From contig CAVXZE010000006.1 of NCBI GenBank assembly GCA_963766175.1, positions 55,333 through 119,332 of the forward strand: a stretch of DNA of 64,000 nt, read 5' to 3'. Origin of the DNA: an uncultured delta proteobacterium. GTDB taxonomy: Bacteria > Myxococcota_A > UBA9160 > UBA6930. This document shows, in pieces, positions 45,315 through 54,488 of the stretch (the stretch's first letter is position 1; the number at the start of each line of letters is the position of its first letter). Made by a program: the position numbers and the translations under genes. The notes beneath the pieces were generated by a model. The model made no database searches. It had not been told where the DNA came from and saw nothing but the letters and a program-made list of their open reading frames with translations.

Positions 45315-46529
45315 TTGAACGGACCGGCCGCGATCACGCCCGCGAAGATGATCATGCTCGGAGTGGGATGGTTTGGATTCGAGATCGTCTGGGCGTTTCA
45401 CACCGGCCCGATGCCTCTCTTTCTCAGGAACTTCACCGATTCGAAGTTCACGATCTCGCTGGTGCTGAGTCTGGCCGGCCTGGCGGGCTGCATCGTTCCC
45501 TCCGCAGTCGGCTACCTGAGCGACCGCAGCGGGAGCCGCTTCGGCCGCCGCAGCCCCTTCATCTTCCTCGGCTTCCTCGGGGTGCTTCTCTGCCTGCTCG
45601 GATTGCTTCGCGCGACGGCCTTCGGGATGGTGGCGCTGCTGTCGGGGTGGATGTACTTCGCTCTCCGCTTCGCCGAGACGCCCTATCTCTCACTGCTTCC
45701 CGACATCACACCGCCGGAGCAGCGGAGCACCGCCAGCGGCGTCATGCACCTGCTCGGCACCCTCGGTCTGATCGGTTGCTTCTTGGTCAGCTCGAGGCTA
45801 TGGGATGCCCATCCCAACGCGGTGTTTCTCCTGGTCGCCTTCGGCTCCTTCGGCTTCGTTCTCCTGGCACTCGTGCTCATCCGGGAGCCGCGGGTGAAGA
45901 GGGAAGAGTCGGTGGCGAGTACCGGCCCCTTGGCCTATCTGCGAAGCATCGTCGAAGAGACCGTTGCGCTCCGGTTCTTCGCCGCGCAGTTCTTCTGGTG
46001 GCTCGGCTTCTGGATGGTGTCCACCTTCTCCACTCTCTTCGTGGTGGAGGAGCTCCAGGTGTCGGAGGGAGAGTCGTTCCTGGTCCTGGCGGTCTTCTCC
46101 GTGGTGGCGGCGCTCTTCATGCTGCCCGTCGGCATGCTGGGCGATCGATTCGGACGCAAGGGTGTTCTCTCGGTCCTGGTGCTCTCCTGGGCAGTGGCCC
46201 AGATCGTGATCGGATTTTCCCAGAATCTGACCCACGCACTCTTGACCGTCGGAACTTCGGCGATTCCCTTCGCCGGGGTGATGGCGGTCGGTCTGGCCTA
46301 CATGCTCGACCTGGTGCCACGCAACCGCACCGCGGAGTTCGTCGGGTTCAGCGTCATCAGCGTCGCGGTGGCGCAGATCATCGGGCCCTTGATCGGGGGA
46401 AAGCTGATCGATGTGCTCGGCTATCGATCGATCTTTCCGGCGGCTGCGGCGGCGATGATCGTGGGCTTGATCATTCTCCAATTCGTCTCGGCCCGGACCA
46501 GAGCGGAGGCCGCAGAAGAGCGCTCATGA
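45315..46529 (+). CDS. MFS-type transporter (GPH/SLC45-like)
   Basis: 12 hydrophobic segments and the loop motif SDRSGSRFGRRSPF. Start at TTG 45315 with AAAGGAAG 6 nt upstream; GTG 45273 and ATG 45345 are alternatives. Confidence 0.85.
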   Translation: MNGPAAITPAKMIMLGVGWFGFEIVWAFHTGPMPLFLRNFTDSKFTISLVLSLAGLAGCIVPSAVGYLSDRSGSRFGRRSPFIFLGFLGVLLCLLGLLRATAFGMVALLSGWMYFALRFAETPYLSLLPDITPPEQRSTASGVMHLLGTLGLIGCFLVSSRLWDAHPNAVFLLVAFGSFGFVLLALVLIREPRVKREESVASTGPLAYLRSIVEETVALRFFAAQFFWWLGFWMVSTFSTLFVVEELQVSEGESFLVLAVFSVVAALFMLPVGMLGDRFGRKGVLSVLVLSWAVAQIVIGFSQNLTHALLTVGTSAIPFAGVMAVGLAYMLDLVPRNRTAEFVGFSVISVAVAQIIGPLIGGKLIDVLGYRSIFPAAAAAMIVGLIILQFVSARTRAEAAEERS

Positions 46530-46547
46530 AACCTGCCGACTGGGAGC

Positions 46548-47348
46548 TCACATGATTCTCCGCGCCATCATCCGCTCGTACAGGCCGGGGAGCAGGCGCG
46601 ACACGACATAGGAGAGCTTCGCGCCGCGCGAGGGCACCAGCAGACGGCGCCCGCTGCTCACCGCCCGGTAGATCTCTTCCGCGAGCCAGGCGGGATCCGA
46701 GGGGGTGCCGGTCTGGGTCCGGGCCATGCGCGGCTTGCCGCCATCGCCGCCGAGAGCGCGGTCTCCCATGTCCGTCTTGACGAAGAAGGGGCAGACGAGC
46801 GTCACCGTGACCCCGTTGGCTCGTAGCTCGGGCCGCATCGAATCGAACATCCCGTGGAGGGCGTGCTTGCTGGCGGAGTAGCCGCAGCGGGTGGCGAGGG
46901 GAGAGAAGCCCGCGACGCTCGAGAGCACGGCAATACGTCCGCGGCGCTCCACCAGGGAATCCAGAGCCGCCTTGGTGCAGTTGACCGCGCCGAAGAAGTT
47001 CACCTCCATGACCCGGCGGATCACCTCCACCTCGGTCTCGGCGAACTGGCTCAGGTGGGTGACTCCCGCGTTGTTGATCAGGACGTCCACGCCGCCGCGG
47101 GCGTCGATCACCCTGGCGACGGCGGCGCGGCAGCTCTCCAGTGAGGTCACGTCGCACTCGACCGGCAGCGCGTCGATCCCCTGCTCGGACAGCTCGGCTG
47201 CCCGCGCCTGCAGGGCGGAGCGGTCGATGTCCAACAGGGCGATGTGGGCTCCGTCTCGTCCGAAGCGGTGCGCCAAAGCGGTGCCGATGCCGCCGGCACC
47301 GCCGGTGATCATCACGCTCTGGCCTCCGAATCCGTTGGCGTCGCTCAT
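46548..47348 (-). CDS. SDR-family oxidoreductase
   Basis: TGGAGGIG, NNAG, and S..Y..SK (YSASKHAL). Start ATG 47348. Confidence 0.9.
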   Translation of the reverse strand: MSDANGFGGQSVMITGGAGGIGTALAHRFGRDGAHIALLDIDRSALQARAAELSEQGIDALPVECDVTSLESCRAAVARVIDARGGVDVLINNAGVTHLSQFAETEVEVIRRVMEVNFFGAVNCTKAALDSLVERRGRIAVLSSVAGFSPLATRCGYSASKHALHGMFDSMRPELRANGVTVTLVCPFFVKTDMGDRALGGDGGKPRMARTQTGTPSDPAWLAEEIYRAVSSGRRLLVPSRGAKLSYVVSRLLPGLYERMMARRIM

Positions 47349-47415
47349 GATTTCTCCGGCTCCCGGTGCAGTCCTCTGAGGGTCGGTTCGACTGAGATCA
47401 AGCTCATTCACTAAA

Positions 47416-47436
47416 GTCAATTGACGGAATCGTCAA
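47416..47436. promoter_or_regulatory. Overlapping palindromes in a divergent promoter region (candidate operator)
   Basis: GTCAATTGAC (47416-47425) overlaps TTGACG-GAAT-CGTCAA (47421-47436). The site is an AT-rich patch between the divergent SDR and aminotransferase genes. Confidence 0.3.
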
Positions 47437-47563
47437 GCCGCGCTCGGTCGGCAGGCCGCGCCGTCGGCCGGGCGGGGTAGCGAGGGGTATACTCGCCAAT
47501 GCCCGGCACCCCCGGGGCTGGCGCGGAATCTCGGAAACCAGCAGAGGACCTGAGGCCGACGGA

Positions 47564-48862
47564 ATGGCGAATCTCGATCACTATTGGCTGCCCTTCACCC
47601 CCAACCGGCTCTTCAAGAAGGCCCCCCGGCTGCTGGTGCGGGCCGAGGGGATGTACTTCTGGACCGATCGCGGGGACCAGCTGATCGACGGCTGCTCGGG
47701 CCTCTTCTGCTGCGCCCTCGGGCACGGACGCCCGGAGATCCTCGACGCCGTGTCGCGCCAGTACGGGGCGCTCGATTTCGGACCACCCTTTCAGTACAGC
47801 CATCCCGGCGCATTCGAATTGGCGGATATGCTCGCCGAGATCACGCCGGGCAACCTGAACCGCGTCTTCTTCGTCAACTCCGGCTCCGAAGCCGTCGACA
47901 CGGCCATGAAGATCGCTCTGCTCTACCACCGCGCCCGCGGCGAGGGGCAGCGCCAGCGCTTCGTGAGCCGGGAGCGCAGCTACCACGGCGTCAACATCGG
48001 CGGCGTCTCGCTCAGCGGGATGGTGAAGAACCGGGAGAGCTTCGGCTCCGGGCTGCCGGGGGTCGTGCACATGCGGCACACCTGGCTCGAGGAGAACCGC
48101 TTCACGCCAGGGCAGGGCGAGAAGGGTGAAGAACTCGCCGAGGATCTCCAGCGCTTCGTCGACCTTTACGGCCGCGACACCATCGCGGCCTGCTTCGTCG
48201 AGCCCATCGCGGGGTCGACTGGAATCCTGGTACCACCCCGGGGCTACCTCTCGCGGCTCCGCCAGATCTGCGACCAGAATGGGATCCTGCTGGTCTTCGA
48301 CGAGGTCATCACCGGCTTCGGCCGCACCGGGAAGCCCTTCGCGGCCCAGACCTTCGAGGTGGTGCCGGATCTGATCACCGTGGCCAAGGCCCTCACCAAC
48401 GGCACCGTTCCGATGGGTGGAGTCGTGGTCAGCGAGGACATCTACCGGGAGATTACGGCCTCCGCGCCGGAGGACGGGATCGAGTTTTTCCACGGCTACA
48501 CCTACTCGGCGCATCCACTGGCCTGCGCCGCGGGCATCGCCACCCAGCGGATCTTCCGCGAGGAGGGGATCTTCGAACGGAGCGAAAAGCTGGCTCCTTA
48601 TTTCCTCGAGCGGGTCTTCGATCTCAAGAACCTTTCCGTGGTCCGGGACATTCGGGGCTTCGGCCTGCTCGCGGGCCTGGATCTCGCGCCCGCCGAGTCC
48701 TTCGGCCAGCGCGGATACGCCGCGCTCCAGGGACTCTTTGCCGGTGGGCTGCTCGTCCGCGTCACTGTCGACTCCGTGATCCTGGCGCCGGCGCTGATCG
48801 CGGAGCGGGAGCACATCGACCGCATCTGCGACACCCTGAGAGAAGTCCTCTCCACTCTTTGA
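47564..48862 (+). CDS. Class-III PLP aminotransferase (omega-amino acid:pyruvate; beta-alanine- or taurine-pyruvate type)
   Basis: Close by-eye resemblance to omega-amino-acid:pyruvate aminotransferases: HYWLPFT.NR, SGSEAVDTA, YHG, DEVITGFGRTG, T.AK.LTNG..P.G, HGYTYS.HP.ACAA. Confidence 0.93.
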   Translation: MANLDHYWLPFTPNRLFKKAPRLLVRAEGMYFWTDRGDQLIDGCSGLFCCALGHGRPEILDAVSRQYGALDFGPPFQYSHPGAFELADMLAEITPGNLNRVFFVNSGSEAVDTAMKIALLYHRARGEGQRQRFVSRERSYHGVNIGGVSLSGMVKNRESFGSGLPGVVHMRHTWLEENRFTPGQGEKGEELAEDLQRFVDLYGRDTIAACFVEPIAGSTGILVPPRGYLSRLRQICDQNGILLVFDEVITGFGRTGKPFAAQTFEVVPDLITVAKALTNGTVPMGGVVVSEDIYREITASAPEDGIEFFHGYTYSAHPLACAAGIATQRIFREEGIFERSEKLAPYFLERVFDLKNLSVVRDIRGFGLLAGLDLAPAESFGQRGYAALQGLFAGGLLVRVTVDSVILAPALIAEREHIDRICDTLREVLSTL

Positions 48863-48902
48863 CACCGCGCCAGCGCCACAACCTTCGAAGGGAATAGACC
48901 AC

Positions 48903-50621
48903 ATGACACGCATGACCCCCTCAGAGGCCTTCGTCGAGCAGCTCGCTGCCGAGGGCGTGACGGACATCTTCGGCATCGTCGGCTCCGCCTACATGGACGC
49001 CCTCGACATCTTCGAGCCCGCCGGGATTCGTTTCCTCTCCGTCGCCCACGAGCAGAACGCCGCTCACATGGCCGACGGCTACGCGCGGGCGACGAATCGC
49101 CACGGCGTCTGCGTCGGCCAGAACGGCCCGGGGATCACCAACTTCGTGACCGCGATCGCCGCCGCCTACTGGGCGCACTCCCCGGTGGTTGCCATCACCC
49201 CGGAGACCGGCAGCGCCGGAATGGGTCTGGGAGGCTTCCAGGAGACCGATCAGATGCCGATCTTTTCGAAGATCACCCGGTTCCAGGCTCACGTGAGCCG
49301 GCCGGATCGGATCGCCGAGCTCACCCACCGGGCGTTTACGATCGCGGCGGCCGAGCGGGGTCCGGTGCAGATCAACATCCCGCGCGACCACTTCTACGGC
49401 GAGTTCGACGCGAGAATCACACCGGCGCAGAAGGTGGAGCGTGGGCCGGGTGGTGCGGAGAGCCTGAACGAGGCGGCAAAGGTGCTGGCCGAGGCGCAGT
49501 TTCCGGTGATCCTGGTGGGAGGCGGCGTGGTGATGTCCGGCGGTCGCGACGAGGCCCAGCAGCTGGCCGAGTACCTTCAAGCGCCGGTCGTCACCAGCTA
49601 TCTCCACAACGACGCGTTTTCCGCCTCGCATCCGCTGATGTGCGGGCCCCTGGGCTACCAGGGCTCCAAGACCGCCATGCGCGTCATCGCCCAGGCGGAC
49701 GCGGTGCTGGCGCTCGGAAGCCGCCTCGGTCCGTTCGGTACGCTTCCCCAGTACGGGATCGAGTACTGGCCCGAGGGGGCCCGGGTCGTGCAGGTCGATT
49801 CGGATCATCGGATGCTCGGGCTGGTGAGGGACGTCGCCGTCGGGGTGCACGGGGATGCCCGAGCCGCGGCCATCGAGCTGCTGACCCGCTTGCGCGCGAT
49901 GGGCGACGCGGTCCGCTGCCGCGCCACGGGTGAGGCGCGGAGGGCCGAGCTGGAGGCCCGGCGGAAGGAGTGGGAGAGCGAGCTCGACCACCTCTCGGCC
50001 GGCGGTGGCTCGCCGATTCCGCCGCGGCGGGCGCTCCGCGAGATGGAGAAGGCGATGCCGCCGGACGCCATGGTGGCGACCGACATCGGGAACGTCTGCT
50101 CGGTCAGCAACAGCTATCTCCGCTTCGAGCAGCCCCAGAGCTTCTTCGCCGCGATGGCCTTCGGGAATTGCGGCTATGCTTTCCCGGCGGCGATGGGTGC
50201 CAAGGTGGCGCGGCCGGATCGGCCCTCGGTGGCCTACGTGGGGGACGGCGCCTGGGGAATGAGCCTGGCCGAGGTCCTCACCTGCGTGCGCGAGAGGATC
50301 CCGGTGACCGCAGTCGTCTTCAACAACGGCCAGTGGGGCGCGGAGAAGAAGAACCAGATCGACTACTACGCGGACCGTTTCGTCGGCACCAACCTGGTCA
50401 ATCCGAGCTTCGCGAAGATCGCCGAGGCGATGGGCGCCACCGGCATCACCGTCGATCATCCCGACCAGGTCGGCGACGCGCTTCGCAAGGCCGCCTCTTC
50501 CGGAGAGTGCACCGTCCTCGAGCTGATGCTGACCCAGGATCTCGCCGAGCCCTTCCGGCGCGACGCGCTCAAGAAGCCGGTCCGCCTGCTGGAGAAGTAC
50601 AAGGACTACACCGTCGCCTAG
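48903..50621 (+). CDS. xsc: TPP-dependent enzyme of the acetolactate-synthase superfamily, most likely sulfoacetaldehyde acetyltransferase
   Basis: TPP motif GDGAW..(N)N. The segments GQNGPG, GGFQETDQM, QINIPRD, GPLGYQGSK, NNGQWGAEKKN and the C-terminal EPFRRDALKKPV match my recollection of Xsc proteins. It is adjacent to an omega-aminotransferase. The Xsc assignment is tentative. Confidence 0.8.
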   Translation: MTRMTPSEAFVEQLAAEGVTDIFGIVGSAYMDALDIFEPAGIRFLSVAHEQNAAHMADGYARATNRHGVCVGQNGPGITNFVTAIAAAYWAHSPVVAITPETGSAGMGLGGFQETDQMPIFSKITRFQAHVSRPDRIAELTHRAFTIAAAERGPVQINIPRDHFYGEFDARITPAQKVERGPGGAESLNEAAKVLAEAQFPVILVGGGVVMSGGRDEAQQLAEYLQAPVVTSYLHNDAFSASHPLMCGPLGYQGSKTAMRVIAQADAVLALGSRLGPFGTLPQYGIEYWPEGARVVQVDSDHRMLGLVRDVAVGVHGDARAAAIELLTRLRAMGDAVRCRATGEARRAELEARRKEWESELDHLSAGGGSPIPPRRALREMEKAMPPDAMVATDIGNVCSVSNSYLRFEQPQSFFAAMAFGNCGYAFPAAMGAKVARPDRPSVAYVGDGAWGMSLAEVLTCVRERIPVTAVVFNNGQWGAEKKNQIDYYADRFVGTNLVNPSFAKIAEAMGATGITVDHPDQVGDALRKAASSGECTVLELMLTQDLAEPFRRDALKKPVRLLEKYKDYTVA

Positions 50622-50680
50622 TCGCCGCGTGGGTGAACGGGACGAGATCCAGATTCGAAACCATCGAGGGGGGCAGAGAG

Positions 50681-51034
50681 ATGTCCAAACGAACCAAGGT
50701 CTTCGCCAGAATTCTATCGCCGATCGTCCTCGTCGCGCTGCTCTCGGCCTGCATCTATCGGCCGGGCGGCATCGCTCCGAGCAATATCCCGTTGGAGGGG
50801 AGGTCCTACCATATCGTGGGTGAGACCGCGTCGACCGACAGTGCCATCCGGCTCTTCGGAATCCTCCCGGTCAGCGGATCGAACTCGATCCGTCAGGCGC
50901 TGGACGCGGCGATGCGAAAGCGATCGGCGGATGCGTTGATCGATATTACCGTCGAGGGATATACCCAGTTCTGGATTCTCTTCTCACGGCACATCACCGC
51001 CGTCCGGGGTACGGCGATCCAGTTCGACGACTAG
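50681..51034 (+). CDS. Small lipoprotein, unknown function
   Basis: ATG 50681, lipobox LLSAC, 117 aa. The long upstream part of ORF 49970..51034 is an out-of-frame shadow of the TPP gene. Confidence 0.65.
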   Translation: MSKRTKVFARILSPIVLVALLSACIYRPGGIAPSNIPLEGRSYHIVGETASTDSAIRLFGILPVSGSNSIRQALDAAMRKRSADALIDITVEGYTQFWILFSRHITAVRGTAIQFDD

Positions 51035-51077
51035 CGAACCTGTACGCTCCATCCGGGTGACAGGTCCAGGCTGGGGA

Positions 51078-52025
51078 CTACTGAGGCGAGAGCGGTCGCA
51101 CCTCCTCCACGGCCTTCTCGCCCGGATCCAGGATCACGATCTCGACGCGCCGGTTGAGCTGCCGCCCGGTGGACGTCTCGTTGCCGGCGACCGGGTAGGC
51201 CTTGCCGTAGCCGCGTGCGATGGATCGCTCCGGCGCGATGCCGTTCAAGGTCAGGAACTGTACGACGGACTCCGCGCGACGCTGGGAGAGACCCAGGTTG
51301 TACTGCTCCGTCCCGGTGCTGTCGGTGTGGCCCTCCACCAGAACCTGCCGGTCCGGGTACTCCTTCAGGAACGCGACCAGCCGGGAGAGGCTCTGGGTGG
51401 CCCCCGCCTTGAGTGAGGCCTCGTCCACGTCGAAGAGCACGTCGCCCAGGGTGAGGACGAGTCCGCGCTCGGTCTTCTGCGCTTGAAGCTCCGCCAGCTC
51501 CTCGCGGAGCTTCTGCTCGCTTGCGGCCAGCGCCGCGGCCTCGGCTCGCGCCTGCTGCGCGTCCATCCGCGCCTGCTCTGCCGCGGCACGGTCGCGACGC
51601 GCCTCGGCGGCTTTCTTCTCGGCGGCCGAGAGGGCGCGATCCGCCTCGATGGTGCGCACCTCGAGGAGCACGGCCTCGCGTTGACGGGCCAGGGCCTTGC
51701 CCTCCTCCATGGCCATCGCGCCGTCCGTCACCACCCGGGCGATCTCTACCCGGCGCGTTACCAGATAGGCCTGCTGCTCGGCCTCGTCTACATCCTTCTC
51801 ATCGCGCCAGAGCGCTTCCGCCTGCTGGATCGACTGCTCTGCCTCGTCCAGCTGCACCGGCGCGTATCGAGCGACGTCCGCATCGTTGCTCGCCAGATCC
51901 ACCGCTACCCGCGCATCGACCAGGGCTTGGGGCATGGGCTTCGCGCAGCCGAGGAGGGCTCCGAGGAGGAGACCGGAAAGTGAGAGCAGGATCGTCGTGT
52001 TCGAGAGTCTGGGTGTTCTGCTCAC
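51078..52025 (-). CDS. OmpA-family lipoprotein with N-terminal DUF4398-like helix and long coiled coil
   Basis: Lipobox LLGC. Coiled coil (AEKKAAEARRDRAAAEQARMDAQQARAEAAA). OmpA C-domain (FDVDEASL..EGHTDSTGTEQYN..LSQRRAESV, RRVEIV). GTG start overlaps the upstream stop (GTGA). Confidence 0.9.
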   Translation of the reverse strand: MSRTPRLSNTTILLSLSGLLLGALLGCAKPMPQALVDARVAVDLASNDADVARYAPVQLDEAEQSIQQAEALWRDEKDVDEAEQQAYLVTRRVEIARVVTDGAMAMEEGKALARQREAVLLEVRTIEADRALSAAEKKAAEARRDRAAAEQARMDAQQARAEAAALAASEQKLREELAELQAQKTERGLVLTLGDVLFDVDEASLKAGATQSLSRLVAFLKEYPDRQVLVEGHTDSTGTEQYNLGLSQRRAESVVQFLTLNGIAPERSIARGYGKAYPVAGNETSTGRQLNRRVEIVILDPGEKAVEEVRPLSPQ

Positions 52026-52411
52026 GGTGTCTCTCCCGGAATGCGGTTGCTGGCGCGTACGGCTTCCGCCCGCAGTGCCTCGATGTCGGCGCGAATCGTG
52101 TCTGTAGCCTCTCGGCGCTGCGCCGTCTGGGCGGTGGCCTCGGCGAGGGTCGCGTCCAGCTTGGCCTGCTCCGCCAGCCGTCGCGCCTCCAGGTTCCGGT
52201 CTTCTCGCATCGCGGCGCGTGCCGCCTCGAGCTTGGTCCGCGCGGTGCGCATCTCGAGCGGGGCGAAGTGCGCGGCATCGGCCTGCTCGGCCTTGCGAAG
52301 CGCCAGGTCAGCCTTGCCCATCTGCGACTCCGGAGGCGGAACCGATGCGCAGGCACCGAGCCCCGTCGCCAGGAGCAGGACGAGCACGAAACGGGTTGTT
52401 AAGCGGTCCAT
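52022..52411 (-). CDS. DUF4398-like helical lipoprotein
   Basis: Start ATG 52411 with AGGAGG SD, lipobox GLGAC. Helical repeats (AHFAPLEMRTARTKLEAARAAM..). Confidence 0.75.
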   Translation of the reverse strand: MDRLTTRFVLVLLLATGLGACASVPPPESQMGKADLALRKAEQADAAHFAPLEMRTARTKLEAARAAMREDRNLEARRLAEQAKLDATLAEATAQTAQRREATDTIRADIEALRAEAVRASNRIPGETP

Positions 52412-52431
52412 CACGATCCTCCTATCCATCT

Positions 52432-52459
52432 GATATACCAAGCGTTCAAACGTTGTCCA
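52432..52459 (-). promoter_or_regulatory. Sigma70-like promoter candidate for the DUF4398-OmpA pair
   Basis: On the minus strand: TGGACA, 16 nt, TATATC, about 20 nt upstream of the AGGAGG SD. Confidence 0.3.
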
Positions 52460-52513
52460 CCCCGACCGCAAGCTGAGGCGCCGCCACCAGGCGAGGGGTT
52501 AGCCCCTCGATGT

Positions 52514-53221
52514 TCAATCTCGCCGCTCGTCTCGCTCGACGCAGCCGTCGACGATGCGGACGATGCGGCGGGCGCGCTCCATCACCCTGGGGTCGTGGGT
52601 GGAGAAGAGGAAGGTAGTGCCGCGGTCGCGGTTGAGCTTCTGCATGATGTCGAGGAGCTTCTCCGCGGTCTCGGAGTCCACGTTGGCCGTCGGCTCGTCG
52701 GCCAGGACTACGGCGGGGTTCGAGGCGATGGCGCGGGCGATGGCGACGCGCTGCTGCTGGCCGCCGGAGAGTTCGTCCGGCCGTCGACCTTCCAGGCCCT
52801 CCAGGCCCACCTCGGCGAGCAGACCCATCACCCGTTCGCGCCGCTCGGACGCCTCGACGCCTTGGAGGGAGAGCACGATCTCGGCATTTTCGTAGGCGGT
52901 CAGGACGGGCATCAGATTGTAGGCCTGGAAGACGAAGCCGATGCGGTCGCGTCTTAAATGGGAGAGCACCCTGCGACTCAGGGGTCCGAGATCGCGGCCC
53001 TCGAGGGCGACGACTCCAGATGTCGGTGTGTCCAGGGCCCCGATCAGGTTGAGAGCCGTGGTCTTGCCGGATCCCGAGGGGCCGCAGATCGCGGTGAATT
53101 CTCCCTTGGCGATGGCCAGCGTGAGCCCGCGGAGGGCGGGCACCTCCAACGCGCCCTGGCGGTAGTGCTTCGTCACGTCCCGAAGCTCGACGATCGGCGT
53201 CCCGTTGCTCGACATCCTCAC
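52514..53221 (-). CDS. ABC transporter ATP-binding protein (LolD/MacB type)
   Basis: Walker A GPSGSGKTT, signature LSGGQQQR, Walker B VVLADEPT. Confidence 0.93.
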   Translation of the reverse strand: MRMSSNGTPIVELRDVTKHYRQGALEVPALRGLTLAIAKGEFTAICGPSGSGKTTALNLIGALDTPTSGVVALEGRDLGPLSRRVLSHLRRDRIGFVFQAYNLMPVLTAYENAEIVLSLQGVEASERRERVMGLLAEVGLEGLEGRRPDELSGGQQQRVAIARAIASNPAVVLADEPTANVDSETAEKLLDIMQKLNRDRGTTFLFSTHDPRVMERARRIVRIVDGCVERDERRD

Positions 53222-53227
53222 TTCACC

Positions 53228-54475
53228 TCACACCAGTCTGATCGATTCCACCGGCACGACGCGTCCTGCCTTCCAGGCCGGGTAGATCCCCGAGAGCAGC
53301 GTGGCCAGAAGAGCGGCGCCGGCAATCATCACCAGGTTCTCGGGGAAGATGTCCACGTACATGACCGGTGAGATGGCCACGCCCGCCACCTCGCTGCCGG
53401 AGATGTCCATCTGCGCCGTCAAGTCGATACCGATCGTAGCCATGTAGTAGTAGGGACCGGCGGTGACGATGGCGGCGAGCACCAACCCCACCAGGCCGAG
53501 CCACAGGCTCTCGCACATGACGAGACCGAAGAGCCTGGCCGGGCTGAAGCCGATGGCCATCATGATCCCGAACTCCCGCACCCGCTCCATCACGCTGACG
53601 AGGAGGGTGTTGAAGATTCCCGCCGCCACCAGAATCATGATGATCGCTTCCATGAACCAGGCGCCTGCGACCTTCATGGTGATGAAGCCAGACAGCTCGG
53701 GCTGAAGCTGATGCCAGGGCAGGGCCGAGACCTGGGTTCCGAAGGCCTCGCCGAGGCGGTCGGCGACTGCGTCGGCCCTGCGATGGTCGCCGAGAAACAC
53801 CCCCACCTGGATGGCCTCGTCGGGCGCGTAGCCGAGAAGCTCGCGCAAGCTGTCGATGGGGAGCAGACAGAGGCCGGCATCGACGCTCGGAGCTCCTGTG
53901 CTGACGATGCCAGAGACCCGGGCCGCCTCCTGGACGATCTCGCCGTTCTTGTCCGTCAAGGTGTACACGACTTTGCGTCCGATGCCCGCATCCAGGTTCT
54001 CGGCCAGGCGCTTGCCGAGGATGATGCCTCCGTCTCGGGTCGAGGGAAACATCTCCCCGTCGGTGAGCGCCTCGATCAGGGAGAGTGTGCTCTCGTCCTC
54101 GGCCGCCGGATCGAAGGCGATGAAGGCCGCCCCGTAGTTCTGGGAAGCCGTGGCGATCATCAGATTCCCCGTGATCCTGGTGACCACCCGGACCACGTCC
54201 GGGTCTCGGAGTGCCTCCGCTCGGAGCTGATCTACGTCGAGGACGGTTCGGCTGAGTGTGGGCGTCTCCAGATACTCGGGGTGTTGCAGCGTGACGTGCC
54301 CGCCCCCCAGCCGCGCGGCGAGCTGGATCATCGCTCTCCAGTTCGAGTCACCGAGTCCCGTGAAGAGCACCGCCAGCATCACCCCGAAGGCGATGGACGA
54401 GAGCGTGAGCAGGGTGCGGCGGCGGTGGCGCCATAGATTGCGCCACGCCATCGATGCCAGATTCGGCCCCTTCAC
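53228..54475 (-). CDS. FtsX-family ABC permease (LolC/E-like)
   Basis: N-terminal MAWRNLWRHRRRT, a large periplasmic domain, and a canonical C-terminal 3-TM FtsX domain ending ..YPAWKAGRVVPVESIRLV. Confidence 0.9.
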   Translation of the reverse strand: MKGPNLASMAWRNLWRHRRRTLLTLSSIAFGVMLAVLFTGLGDSNWRAMIQLAARLGGGHVTLQHPEYLETPTLSRTVLDVDQLRAEALRDPDVVRVVTRITGNLMIATASQNYGAAFIAFDPAAEDESTLSLIEALTDGEMFPSTRDGGIILGKRLAENLDAGIGRKVVYTLTDKNGEIVQEAARVSGIVSTGAPSVDAGLCLLPIDSLRELLGYAPDEAIQVGVFLGDHRRADAVADRLGEAFGTQVSALPWHQLQPELSGFITMKVAGAWFMEAIIMILVAAGIFNTLLVSVMERVREFGIMMAIGFSPARLFGLVMCESLWLGLVGLVLAAIVTAGPYYYMATIGIDLTAQMDISGSEVAGVAISPVMYVDIFPENLVMIAGAALLATLLSGIYPAWKAGRVVPVESIRLV

Positions 54476-54488
54476 GACTAGGCTCTCC

